Source: a virus
Strand: one strand, 5' to 3'
Length of the DNA: 64,000 nucleotides
Virus record (IMG/VR): IMGVR_UViG_3300035565_000042
Span: 19,394 to 83,393 of that record
Below are positions 20,374 to 29,719 of this stretch, in pieces; the stretch's first letter is position 1; the number at the start of each line of letters is the position of its first letter. A model generated the notes under the pieces. It worked only from the letters and a program-made list of their open reading frames with translations, was not told the origin of the DNA and ran no database searches. The translations under genes and the position numbers were made by a program.

Positions 20374-20972
20374 TCTTCCCCTCCAAGTGTTAGTTCTTTC
20401 TTAACTTCAGGTTTTGGATCGGCAAGTTCTTTCTTCTCCTGAGCTATAAGATCAGTAACTTTAGCTTTGCCTTCGTTTATATCCTGAGCTGTGATCTTAT
20501 GTGGTTTTACTTCAGGCGATGCTTCAGGGGCCGTTCCTGACATTATCTGTTCACGGGTAAGGGGAACGTCTGGCTCGACCTTTGCCTCGCTTACAGGCTC
20601 GCTTTTGACTTCTGCGGCCGGTTCTATAACTTCCCCGGTTTCTTCATCAATATCGGGATCCTCTTCATCATTGTCCAGCTCTTCATTTGGTTCTTCAATT
20701 ACCGATTCTGGTTTGGCTGGCTTATGAGTTGCCTTGCCTGGCTTTTTTGTCTCTGTAGTTACTGGCTTAACAGGTTCCGGCTTCTTATCCGGAATGACTA
20801 TTGCTTCGGCCGGCTTGACAACTTCCAATATCTCTTTGTAGGCAAGAGTATCGACGTTGAATGACAAAGCACCTACTTCTTTGCCATCAACCATGATTAC
20901 GAGTGTCAGCACCTTTCCGGGTGCAATGAACTTCTCAAGTTCTTTCCAGTTTATCATTTTTTTAATTTTCAA
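20367..20972 (-). CDS. Hypothetical protein with acidic/Pro-rich disordered region
   Basis: E/P/K-rich 201-aa ORF. Confidence 0.55.
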   Translation of the reverse strand: MKIKKMINWKELEKFIAPGKVLTLVIMVDGKEVGALSFNVDTLAYKEILEVVKPAEAIVIPDKKPEPVKPVTTETKKPGKATHKPAKPESVIEEPNEELDNDEEDPDIDEETGEVIEPAAEVKSEPVSEAKVEPDVPLTREQIMSGTAPEASPEVKPHKITAQDINEGKAKVTDLIAQEKKELADPKPEVKKELTLGGEEW

Positions 20973-21204
20973 GTTTTTCTACTTCTTCAACAAACGCTCT
21001 TATTGTAGTACCAAGATATGTATGTCCAAAAAGAAAGTAATTATAATTAGTTCCTTTTTTCATTGTTACTGGTGGTAATGATTCAACAATAAATTCTGCA
21101 CCAATAGGAACAACAACATAAGATGTCTTACCTTCTCCTTTGATATTTACTTTAAGCTTTACCTTATCGCCAATCTGTATCCGGTTTGAATCTTTCCTTC
21201 CCAT
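20962..21204 (-). CDS. Small hypothetical protein (SH3-like barrel possible)
   Basis: IQIGDKVKL start, 80 aa. Confidence 0.45.
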   Translation of the reverse strand: MGRKDSNRIQIGDKVKLKVNIKGEGKTSYVVVPIGAEFIVESLPPVTMKKGTNYNYFLFGHTYLGTTIRAFVEEVEKLEN

Positions 21205-21215
21205 AACTACGATTG

Positions 21216-22526
21216 TTATATTGAATATGCGTTGATTGTTTTCATGTACGTTACAAACTCATCAAACAAGGCATTCTGAAATGCCCGGGTCATATCACTC
21301 TTCCCGCTCTTGATATGAAGATACTCCTCAATCAATGCACATACAACCTGATGCACGCCTTGATTCAGTACTGTAAGAGATATCAGAATATCCTTGTTCT
21401 CAATGGATGCAAGAACATCTTTCTTCTCGAACTCAACAAATCTAACCTTGTTATAGATTTGGTATTTGCATTCTTTCAGAAATGTCATTGCCTGATCATA
21501 TACTTGCATCTGTGTAGCACTTGGAATAGCTTCAACACAAAATCCACTTTCAGAGACTATCGAGAAGCATGATGCCGGTTTTGCTTTTGAACACCGCGAT
21601 GTTATGGCATTATACAGTCGTTGTGGCAGGAACAATGTTTTTATCCTCTCTTCTTCATTGACGTATCCTCCCATATTTTCTGGTGCAAGGAATTTATCTT
21701 CTATGACATCATTCCAGACCTCTGCAGCCATTTTATCACTCTGGTCATCATATCCCCACTCATTGATATTTCCTTCAAGCAATCCTTCTTTAGTTACATT
21801 ATCAAGTACTTGCCTTACAATAGTTGGATTATCACATTTAAAGATGATCTTCCACATTTCATTGGATACCTGCCAGGCATAACGAATTTGCCTTGACTCG
21901 TTCACATCAATATTGAACAAATTATAATCGAATATCGATCCTTTCTTATTGACCTGGCAAAGAACACCCTTGTGATATACTCTGCCTTCCATCCCATGTT
22001 TGCGAAGTATCTGCCCTTCAGCACAACTGAAGATTACTTCCTTCTTGTAGCTTAGATAATCATTAATGTTGAACATGATATCCTCAATGGCATCATCAGC
22101 TTTCAAGATAATCTGTGTGTTTTCGTTCCCACAAAACAGTTTATCCGGAAGCTCATCTTCGGTAACGATCTTAAAGGTCATCAATCCTTCATCCATGGCA
22201 TTGCAGTATAATTCCCGGATTGCACCCCATAGATCCCATTGAAGTCCGAAATCCGTGGTTATACTGGTCCTGACATCATTGATAGTCATTACTTCAAATT
22301 CTTTGTCACGAAGCATAGCTTTCTCTGTAGACAGTTTTATCTCAGCACCTCCGGTAAGTATCCTTATTCCGATACCGTTGCGTAACAGGTATGCCAAAGC
22401 ATACTTATTGCCACTGCCAAACATTCCTATCTTGGAATGGTCTTCACGCTTGGTAGATGCTCCGAGTAATGTCAATGCTTCTACCTGGAGAACGCCTTTG
22501 TTCTCAATCAATAGATATTTATTCAT
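21216..22526 (-). CDS. GHKL (HATPase_c/MORC-like) ATPase domain protein
   Basis: IENKG, LLGASTK, KIGMFGSGNKYA, AIRELYCNAMDEG; C-terminal LIEEYLH resembles a degenerate zincin motif. Confidence 0.75.
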   Translation of the reverse strand: MNKYLLIENKGVLQVEALTLLGASTKREDHSKIGMFGSGNKYALAYLLRNGIGIRILTGGAEIKLSTEKAMLRDKEFEVMTINDVRTSITTDFGLQWDLWGAIRELYCNAMDEGLMTFKIVTEDELPDKLFCGNENTQIILKADDAIEDIMFNINDYLSYKKEVIFSCAEGQILRKHGMEGRVYHKGVLCQVNKKGSIFDYNLFNIDVNESRQIRYAWQVSNEMWKIIFKCDNPTIVRQVLDNVTKEGLLEGNINEWGYDDQSDKMAAEVWNDVIEDKFLAPENMGGYVNEEERIKTLFLPQRLYNAITSRCSKAKPASCFSIVSESGFCVEAIPSATQMQVYDQAMTFLKECKYQIYNKVRFVEFEKKDVLASIENKDILISLTVLNQGVHQVVCALIEEYLHIKSGKSDMTRAFQNALFDEFVTYMKTINAYSI

Positions 22527-22582
22527 CTTATGAAATTATGTTGGTTAGACGATCAGAAAATACAGAAATAGAATAATTTTAT

Positions 22583-22984
22583 TTATCTATGCCCTTGATT
22601 CTTGCGCTGCAATAGACCACGATTATCTCTCCAGTCTGCCATCTTCTCTCTGTTATGTTGTCTATGACCTTGTACTTTCTTATTTCTCATCTTCACTTTG
22701 AGATATTTGTATGGATCTATGGCTTTCAGACCACCATAGCGACATTTCTCGTAGTGGATACACATATCATGGTTTATTCCCGGCTTTGATATTCTGTACT
22801 TTTCATAGAGTTTTAGTTCATCGAATACTTCCGGAGAGAATGATATTCCTTCGACATGGAAATAAATCCATATCAGGTAGAGCCCTTTTTGCATATCAAT
22901 AATTTGGCCAACACTCATTTCTGAGTATTGACCAAATCCAATGATACTTTTTCTTGTCAGAGTTCTAAGAAGAACGACATCCAT
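22583..22984 (-). CDS. Hypothetical basic protein
   Basis: LTRKSIIGFGQY...YLIWIY resembles a small phage domain. Confidence 0.55.
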   Translation of the reverse strand: MDVVLLRTLTRKSIIGFGQYSEMSVGQIIDMQKGLYLIWIYFHVEGISFSPEVFDELKLYEKYRISKPGINHDMCIHYEKCRYGGLKAIDPYKYLKVKMRNKKVQGHRQHNREKMADWRDNRGLLQRKNQGHR

Positions 22985-22988
22985 ATTT

Positions 22989-23285
22989 CTACATTATAAG
23001 ATGAACTACCCATCCGAACAATAGAAAGATACCACCAATAGTTAATGATTCGATAAATCCATGTACCACTATGTCATAAAGATCATCTTCAACTTTTGAT
23101 GGTTTTCTATAATTTACATAGAGAATGAATAACGATAGACCTATGGCTTCGATTAAAGTTATTGGCCGTATATCGAATATCTGAACGATGAACCAAGCCC
23201 ATAACTTAACAATGACAAATCCCTGAACAATTGTTGAAAGGACTGTCAGAATTATTCCTGCAACTATCTTGCCGAATGTTTCCAT
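22989..23285 (-). CDS. Small membrane protein
   Basis: Three hydrophobic segments; LWAWFIV motif. Confidence 0.65.
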   Translation of the reverse strand: METFGKIVAGIILTVLSTIVQGFVIVKLWAWFIVQIFDIRPITLIEAIGLSLFILYVNYRKPSKVEDDLYDIVVHGFIESLTIGGIFLLFGWVVHLIM

Positions 23286-24220
23286 TAGTTCTTGTTTAAC
23301 TCAAAGCTTTCAAGAAGATATTCAGCAAAAAGTGCGCTGGATGACTGTATACCAGCAATGTCCATAATTTCCGGTTTCATTACTGATGTTCCGTAATTGT
23401 AGAGATCCCAGACTGTATTGAGATCAACAGGACGATTGAACTCATGAGCTCCTACGTCTTTCTTCTTCATGAGCATTTTTTGCACGAAGTTACTCATGCC
23501 TGCAGTATCGAATGGTGCCGGCTGTTTTGATATGTATGCCTGGTCTATTGCTTTCCTGTATAGATCACCAATGGTGAATTCCAATGCTCCGGCACTTATT
23601 GGTGCATTCTGCATCCTTGCCATGATATCCATCTCGACCTTCATTTTCTGATCAAGAGATGCAGTCCATTCTTTCAGCTGATATTCGATAGACTCCCAGC
23701 TTTGTCCTTCACGGCCGTTCTGCTTGAACGTATGCAGAAGAGATCCTCCCATGATAGCGAAGTTACTGCATGTCCTTACGTTAAGGCCAAATGCTGTTTC
23801 AATACCTTCTTCACTGAACCTCATTCCAATCCTTGCACATACCAGGTCATTACCAAGGTTAGGAATCTGGATAGTTGCCAGGACTTTATCGAACATCCAT
23901 TTTCTGATCGGGCAATTGCTACGATCATAACCCAGCTTCTTCTCATCATCTGTGAGCATAGGGAATGAATTCCTTTTCTGCACATACAGAGACTCAAGGT
24001 TATAATTTACTTCCTGAGCTTCAAGCAAGCCAAGGATGAATGCAACTACAGTCCATGATTGAACAGGACGGGTAGCAAGAACTCTTCCATGTTTTCCTTC
24101 AACCCTGATGGATTGCTCAAGCATGGTGAGTGGAATTGTCTTTGTCGATTCATCTTCGACAAATCCAAAGATTTCTGGAGCCTGCAGGACTTCCTCTTTC
24201 GATGTGATGATGTCTTCCAT
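23285..24220 (-). CDS. DUF932-like phage protein
   Basis: AFGLNVRTCSN and TVWDLYNYGT motifs. Confidence 0.55.
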   Translation of the reverse strand: MEDIITSKEEVLQAPEIFGFVEDESTKTIPLTMLEQSIRVEGKHGRVLATRPVQSWTVVAFILGLLEAQEVNYNLESLYVQKRNSFPMLTDDEKKLGYDRSNCPIRKWMFDKVLATIQIPNLGNDLVCARIGMRFSEEGIETAFGLNVRTCSNFAIMGGSLLHTFKQNGREGQSWESIEYQLKEWTASLDQKMKVEMDIMARMQNAPISAGALEFTIGDLYRKAIDQAYISKQPAPFDTAGMSNFVQKMLMKKKDVGAHEFNRPVDLNTVWDLYNYGTSVMKPEIMDIAGIQSSSALFAEYLLESFELNKN

Positions 24221-24286
24221 TTTTAGATAATTATTAATTAATAATATATAACTGAAAGTAAAATAAGTCTTTTGCTAAGATATAAT

Positions 24287-24316
24287 AAAAAAGCCCCCGG
24301 GACATTCCCAGGGGCC
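24287..24316 (-). terminator. Intrinsic terminator
   Basis: Minus strand GCCCCUGGGA-AUG-UCCCGGGGGC-UUUUUU; the G-U pair forms only on the minus strand. Confidence 0.8.
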
Positions 24317-24769
24317 ATAACAACAACTCTTTTATTCCGGATTTCCTTCAATAGAAGGCCTTCGATCGCTATGAGTCGATCTACTGGTGAGTTGCCAAAG
24401 CATCCGGCCATGTTATTCCTCCTCGCTTTTGTTCATTTCACGAATAGTATTCCGTATGACTCTTCTGCGATTTTCTTTCCAGAGTCTTCGATATTTGTAC
24501 CATTGGCAGAACCAGCCTATTGAGGCCAGTATTGCCCATATTAACAGTATTGTTTTCATATCTCAGGATGTTGTTTAGCAAAATCTAATTCCATAACTAT
24601 TGGATTATTTTTTAAGTCTTAAATTACATCTCAGTATCCACAATTCCAAATTGCACCACCTGATAAACTTCCTGAAAATAGACTCCTCGTTTATCTCCTT
24701 AATCAATTCCTCAATAACTTTACTGTGATACTCATTTGCTTTCATTGCCTTCTCTTTATTGATGAGGGG

Positions 24770-25000
24770 CTAAACAAGTGTTATCTTAAATTTTTTCAAC
24801 ACCTTCCTTCTGATGTTTCTTTCAGACATTCCCAGTTTCCGATGGCGGTCAATAAAAATATCAATTTCGGTTCGCTTGTCAATAGGTATTGGGCGTTCAC
24901 TTTTCATGACTTCGGCTTTGGTCGGCTTTTGATTTAAGGACAAATCTGCCCACTTTGCGGGTTTCCCGTCCATTAAATTATCAAATTCTCTTTCTTGCAT
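24770..25000 (-). CDS. Hypothetical protein
   Basis: 76-aa ORF with A-rich leader. Confidence 0.5.
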   Translation of the reverse strand: MQEREFDNLMDGKPAKWADLSLNQKPTKAEVMKSERPIPIDKRTEIDIFIDRHRKLGMSERNIRRKVLKKFKITLV

Positions 25001-25039
25001 TTCTCGTTTCTTTTAGTTTAACTATTCAATACTCTGTAA

Positions 25040-25303
25040 TTATTCTCCATCGGGCTTGGTAACTTCTCTTTCTTTCATCAGTTTGTTGATGACAAAAAGA
25101 ACTTCAGTCAGGCAGGAATTATTCCAGACAGTATCAAATTCGAGGGAAGGAAAGAAGCAGTATTGCCTCCATGCTCCATACCATTCGATTGTTGCAATTA
25201 CGTACCCTGACGACTTATTAACCACTTCGACAAGTTTTGTCTTTCTACCGGGGATGTCCTGAGAATTGAAGTATAAATACTTTGTTACGTGAATCGTTTC
25301 CAT
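25040..25303 (-). CDS. Hypothetical phage protein
   Basis: IEWYGAWRQYCFFP...NNSCL motif; likely start at METIHV. Confidence 0.6.
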   Translation of the reverse strand: METIHVTKYLYFNSQDIPGRKTKLVEVVNKSSGYVIATIEWYGAWRQYCFFPSLEFDTVWNNSCLTEVLFVINKLMKEREVTKPDGE

Positions 25304-25328
25304 CTCTCTATAATTTAGTTTAACACTA

Positions 25329-25346
25329 TTGTTCACTCGGAAATCA
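25329..25346 (+). repeat. 18-bp direct repeat, copy 1
   Basis: TTGTTCACTCGGAAATCA, identical to 25822-25839. Confidence 0.85.
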
Positions 25347-25829
25347 CTCGGCTTCACCTTTATATTTTTTGTAACTGAAAATCTGTGGCTTAATGCCTTC
25401 TCGCCTTAATATAGAATACATGAGGCGTTGCTCCTCGTAGGCACTATGCTCTTGCTGTTTTGCTGGTATAATCTCTTTGATAACTCCCGATGCGCTTATG
25501 TAAAGCAACCCCCAATCTTTAGGTAGTTCAGATTCTTTTATCATGCCTTCGGGACATAAATAACTCCGATATTTACCCAATCCAAATTCAGGGCGCCTTC
25601 TCCAGTATTTCTTTTTATCTGAAAGAAAGTCTGCTCTCGAAATCTTTACCTCGATTAATTGAGTTGACCCCCAGCTAAAGCCAAAAGCATCGGGACTTTC
25701 ACCAACCCTTTCCAACTCACAAACCACATACGGACAAGTGTGGAATGGTTGAATGCCTTGTTTCCGCAAGTAGGATGCAGCCTTAAAACAAAGTTCCCTA
25801 TGTGTAAATGATTTATTCATTTTGTTCAC
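25344..25829 (-). CDS. PD-(D/E)XK nuclease-like (MmcB-like) protein
   Basis: GESPDAFGF...LIEVKISRADFLSDKKK...ELPKDWGLL. Confidence 0.7.
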   Translation of the reverse strand: MNKMNKSFTHRELCFKAASYLRKQGIQPFHTCPYVVCELERVGESPDAFGFSWGSTQLIEVKISRADFLSDKKKYWRRRPEFGLGKYRSYLCPEGMIKESELPKDWGLLYISASGVIKEIIPAKQQEHSAYEEQRLMYSILRREGIKPQIFSYKKYKGEAE

Positions 25830-25839
25830 TCGGAAATCA
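25822..25839 (+). repeat. 18-bp direct repeat, copy 2
   Basis: TTGTTCACTCGGAAATCA. Confidence 0.85.
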
Positions 25840-26509
25840 AACCGTCTCTCATTGCCTTTGCACCGAGCATCTTAAAGTAATTAGCGTATTTTGTTTCAAA
25901 CATCATCGGAGGGCATTCGTTCGGATAAAACTTCTCAATCTGCTCGTCACCCACCTTCTCATCACTAATCTTATGGCTCTGGAGGGAGGAAAGACGATCA
26001 CGATACCATTCAAAACAATGATTGAAACCGAGAGTATAAATATGCTTCTCTTCGTTTGTATAACCATCCCAAATGTTATTGGCACACTCATCCCTTGCTT
26101 CGACATCCTCTATTATCGCCTTGTCCGGTGTCTCAACCTTATCTGTCATTGTGAAATCTCTCCAACTGGTAGGATGCTTTGGTTCTTCATCGTCCGCCTG
26201 ATCTATTAATGGAACAAGTTTATATCTGAACGTTTCCCCTTTTGGCGGTGTTATCACTATATCAAAATCACCCGTTGGATCTTGCTCTTCATTCATTCTG
26301 TCAATCATCTGATCGGAATGACTCTCTTGCTTAATCCCGTCAATAAAGTCAGCAATACAATCTTTTGCCTTTGCAAGCAAAATAACTGCCTCGGTCAACC
26401 TTTCGTCTGCGCCCGCCTTCTCAACTTCCTGTATGGCGTTATGGATAGCGAGTTCTGCCGGAGTATTTAAGTCCAATCTGTTTCTCCTTGGAATTTCATT
26501 GTTTTTCAT
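25826..26509 (-). CDS. Hypothetical mosaic phage protein
   Basis: RRNRLDLNTPAELAI...VEKAGAD.RLT.AV N-terminal domain. Confidence 0.55.
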   Translation of the reverse strand: MKNNEIPRRNRLDLNTPAELAIHNAIQEVEKAGADERLTEAVILLAKAKDCIADFIDGIKQESHSDQMIDRMNEEQDPTGDFDIVITPPKGETFRYKLVPLIDQADDEEPKHPTSWRDFTMTDKVETPDKAIIEDVEARDECANNIWDGYTNEEKHIYTLGFNHCFEWYRDRLSSLQSHKISDEKVGDEQIEKFYPNECPPMMFETKYANYFKMLGAKAMRDGLISE

Positions 26510-26957
26510 ATTCTTCTTTTGTTATTTCAATATATTTGGTTTTGCACATTTTATGATCGTTTGGCGAAACATGACCCTCAGCGATAGGAAGCCAATAAGG
26601 GAATCCGTTAAACTCAAACTTTGTCCCACAATCAACACATTTGAAATATCTTAATGGTTTTGTCTCTGGCTTATCAGGTGCGGATAACTCTGCAATAGCA
26701 TCTAACCTTTCTCTTAAATGGTCAATAAAATTATGACTCAAATCGGTAGTCTCAAGACTTCGAGGAGTGCTACAAAATGTTAACCATTCAATTAATTCAT
26801 CACATAATTTCCGTCTCTCTTTCGAGGGGATAGACTGAGAGGCAAATTCTTCCATTGCCTCAATCGCCTCTTGTTGTGTGAATTTCAATGTATGACCAAA
26901 ATTAGAGTCACTTTTTTGATAAATTTTATCAAGTATTTCTTCTTCTGTCTTTTCCAT
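26496..26957 (-). CDS. Hypothetical protein with C-terminal Cys motif
   Basis: AIEAMEEFA motif; CVDCG. Confidence 0.5.
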   Translation of the reverse strand: MEKTEEEILDKIYQKSDSNFGHTLKFTQQEAIEAMEEFASQSIPSKERRKLCDELIEWLTFCSTPRSLETTDLSHNFIDHLRERLDAIAELSAPDKPETKPLRYFKCVDCGTKFEFNGFPYWLPIAEGHVSPNDHKMCKTKYIEITKEEYEKQ

Positions 26958-26961
26958 GATA

Positions 26962-27933
26962 TTAGTTTATTTTAATTCCTGTGATCTCCTCAAATACATT
27001 AGCATCAAAGTTTGGAAGTGCCTTGAGCAGTTTTATATCTTCTTTAGATGCGTCTTTATAGGCTATTGCCCATGCTTCTTTATAACTGACAGTTTTTAAA
27101 TAACCATCAGTCACAAAAGCATCTTTGTTTGACTTCTTCTCATCATCTGTCATATTGCTCCACGAAACCCATGTATCAATATTGATATTATAAATGAAAT
27201 TAGGCTTTGGTGCATTATCCCAAACTTCTCTTTCGCATTCCTTATTGAATACTAAAATAGTATTAGGGGTAATTGAATTAAAGTTCCCTGAGTTTCCGTC
27301 CCCTGAGTTTCCGTTCCCTGAGTTTCCGTTCCCTGAGTTTCTGTACCCTGAGTTTCCGTACCCTGAGTTTCCGTCCCCTGAGTTTCCGTCCCCTGAGTTT
27401 CCGTCCCCTGAGTTTCTGTACCCTGAGTTTCTGTACCCTGAGTTTCTGTTCCCTGAGTTTCCGTTCCCTGAGTTTCTGTACCCTGAGTTTCTGTCCCCTG
27501 AGTTTCCGTACCCTGAGTTTCCGTCCCCTGAGTTTCCGTCCCCTGAGTTTCCGTCCCCTGAGTTTCTGTACCCTGAGTTTCTGTTCCCTGAGTTTCCGTC
27601 CCCTGAGTTTCTGTACCCTGAGTTTCCTATGCCAGAATTAGCAAGAGTTAACATCTCTTCCCACGTCACTTCCCTCACAATGGTTATCTTCTGAGCGCAT
27701 TGCTTATCGCTGTCAAGACCTAATATAATACCCGACAGTATAACTTCAGCAACTTTGTTTTTGGGGTCAAAAGAATAATATGTAAAGCAATCGGATACCT
27801 TCTGACAGGCATGAAATCCACGCTCACACATAGACGGCTCTTCTTTGATTGAATAAGTCTTTCCGGTTTCATATTGAAATCCCCTGTACTTCCAATCAGG
27901 GTCAAATACTTTGTACGCTTTTACTGTTTTCAT
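26962..27933 (-). CDS. Pentapeptide (NSGxx) repeat protein
   Basis: N-terminal YKVF...RGFQYE.GK...CERGFHAC; 23 NSGxx units; C-terminal LPNFDANVFEEITGI. Confidence 0.85.
   Translation of the reverse strand: MKTVKAYKVFDPDWKYRGFQYETGKTYSIKEEPSMCERGFHACQKVSDCFTYYSFDPKNKVAEVILSGIILGLDSDKQCAQKITIVREVTWEEMLTLANSGIGNSGYRNSGDGNSGNRNSGYRNSGDGNSGDGNSGDGNSGYGNSGDRNSGYRNSGNGNSGNRNSGYRNSGYRNSGDGNSGDGNSGDGNSGYGNSGYRNSGNGNSGNGNSGDGNSGNFNSITPNTILVFNKECEREVWDNAPKPNFIYNINIDTWVSWSNMTDDEKKSNKDAFVTDGYLKTVSYKEAWAIAYKDASKEDIKLLKALPNFDANVFEEITGIKIN
27286..27627. repeat. Tandem array of 23 x 15-bp units
   Basis: CCCTGAGTTTC(C/T)GT(C/T/A), repeated without indels. Confidence 0.97.
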
Positions 27934-27953
27934 ATAGTTAGTTTTTAGTTTGT

Positions 27954-28238
27954 TTATTTGACCTCGGTGATTTCGCTGTTAACAATCAAATTCCTTGTAA
28001 CTTTTGTAGGCTTTAATGCACCCGCCATTTGACTCATTATTTCGAGTTGAATATGTTCCAGCCATCCTAACAACTCCTGAGCTGTAAACCCGTCATTAGT
28101 GCGTTCAACGTGTAGTCCTTCTTCAAAGTCACTGACCTTAATGGTGTAGACTTTTACTGATCTTGGTTTTTTAGTTTCTTTTTCCATATCTTCAATTTGT
28201 GCAATGTATCTTATATCCCATAAAAGGCATGAAGCCAA
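27954..28238 (-). CDS. Hypothetical protein
   Basis: RTNDGF...ELLG.LE motif; true start probably MEKETK. Confidence 0.5.
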   Translation of the reverse strand: MASCLLWDIRYIAQIEDMEKETKKPRSVKVYTIKVSDFEEGLHVERTNDGFTAQELLGWLEHIQLEIMSQMAGALKPTKVTRNLIVNSEITEVK

Positions 28239-28241
28239 CAG

Positions 28242-28661
28242 TCATTTGAATGTTACCATTCCACTTTCATTATGGACAAACCCTCTATACATGAAATCAG
28301 CATCGCTGATATACGGAGAGATCTTTTCCATATCCACATCATTAAACACTATGTTTCTTAGATGAAGTTCATAGCCAACATATCTTAGAGCTACAGCTGC
28401 AACAACAGCTTCATCGATTGCTCTTCTCATTAAAGCTTTCGAAGTAAACATTCCATCACATTTATTGTAAGTCTCAATGATGTCATGTAAGATCTTGCAT
28501 ATATTCAATAAATGCGAGTCTTGAAGAAGATAGATAAACTCTTCAGTTCCGTCCCTGGATGTCCAGGTCTTTATATCATGATCCTGCAATGGTATTCTGC
28601 AATATACCGGAGTTGTCACGCGCTTGGAGCGATACTGTGCTAATCTGCTGTTTGGTTCCAT
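28242..28661 (-). CDS. Hypothetical protein
   Basis: WTSRDG...DSHLLN motif. Confidence 0.55.
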   Translation of the reverse strand: MEPNSRLAQYRSKRVTTPVYCRIPLQDHDIKTWTSRDGTEEFIYLLQDSHLLNICKILHDIIETYNKCDGMFTSKALMRRAIDEAVVAAVALRYVGYELHLRNIVFNDVDMEKISPYISDADFMYRGFVHNESGMVTFK

Positions 28662-28680
28662 TTCTTGTTATTTAGTATAA

Positions 28681-29169
28681 TCAAGAAAATGATAACTCTT
28701 TTGGATATATGAGCCAGGCAAAGATAATCCGTTTCTTCAAATAGTTCGGATAGTTACAATTGGCATATGCTTCACGGAAAAATGGATTTTCCTGCATGAA
28801 CCACGCAACAAGGAATGGCAGTAAGAACTTGTTAAGAATGCTTACTTTCTTTTTAAAGCTTCGGAATCCGCTTATGAGTATGATAAGTGGATATACCAAG
28901 AGCAATAACAATGAAAACCATCCTACAAGGTAGGAAAGGCCTATCATAGCTATTATCTCTGCCTGTAATATCTCTTCCTGTTGCTTGAGCATAATAGCGT
29001 CCATATTGCCCTGCAAATCGCTTGTAGTGAGTTTTGTCATATGCTTTGATCCGTAGAATATGAATGGATAGATCACCACCGATGTAAAATCTTCATATAT
29101 CTTTCGCCTGAGCAACCATGGCCAGGCAACCTTGAACCCTTTGAGGATATTAAAATGGTACGACTTCAT
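28681..29169 (-). CDS. Membrane-associated hypothetical protein
   Basis: Hydrophobic segment; NPFFREAY...YLKKR..FAW. Confidence 0.55.
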   Translation of the reverse strand: MKSYHFNILKGFKVAWPWLLRRKIYEDFTSVVIYPFIFYGSKHMTKLTTSDLQGNMDAIMLKQQEEILQAEIIAMIGLSYLVGWFSLLLLLVYPLIILISGFRSFKKKVSILNKFLLPFLVAWFMQENPFFREAYANCNYPNYLKKRIIFAWLIYPKELSFS

Positions 29170-29686
29170 TTTTTCTGTGTTTAGTTTTTATTTCTTCCCA
29201 GAATGTGTCCAGAATCATTTCATGGAACATTTTCTTTGGTTTGTATATTACAACAACTCTCTTATCTGCCGGCAACTCTGCAAGAGAGTCTTTAAGTGAT
29301 GTTCTTACAGGGCGTGTCTTAACCAATGCATGATGCAGACATATCAATATTCGATCAAATATCTTCGATTCAAGGAAATGATCATGCTCAATATTTGACA
29401 TTCCTTTTACAACTGATAATGGATCGGGCCGGCCACTTATATCTTTGACAAGGAATTGCTCGTATTCAGCGAATAATTGTTTAATGTCTGCTCTGATATC
29501 GCTTTCACGCATAGTATCAGGGAATACAATGGAATAGCCAAAATATTCCCTGACTATCTGGTAACGATCTTTAAGCGGAAGGCTTTCATAGTGATCAACA
29601 GTCAAGGCTCCTTCTTCCATGATATACGAAACAAACTTGCGCGTGGTATTCGGAGCCAATGACTGCAAGGACTCTATCATTCTCAT
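29150..29686 (-). CDS. Hypothetical protein
   Basis: 178-aa ORF. Confidence 0.55.
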   Translation of the reverse strand: MRMIESLQSLAPNTTRKFVSYIMEEGALTVDHYESLPLKDRYQIVREYFGYSIVFPDTMRESDIRADIKQLFAEYEQFLVKDISGRPDPLSVVKGMSNIEHDHFLESKIFDRILICLHHALVKTRPVRTSLKDSLAELPADKRVVVIYKPKKMFHEMILDTFWEEIKTKHRKNEVVPF

Positions 29687-29719
29687 GTTTACATGAATCT
29701 TATAAAAATGGAATAATTT

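Noticed and set aside
27286-27627. CRISPR array
   Set aside because: 15-bp tandem units with no unique spacers, in frame within a protein.
27194-27694. Plus-strand PEFxx repeat ORF
   Set aside because: Antisense shadow of the NSGxx repeat gene, which has recognisable flanking domains.
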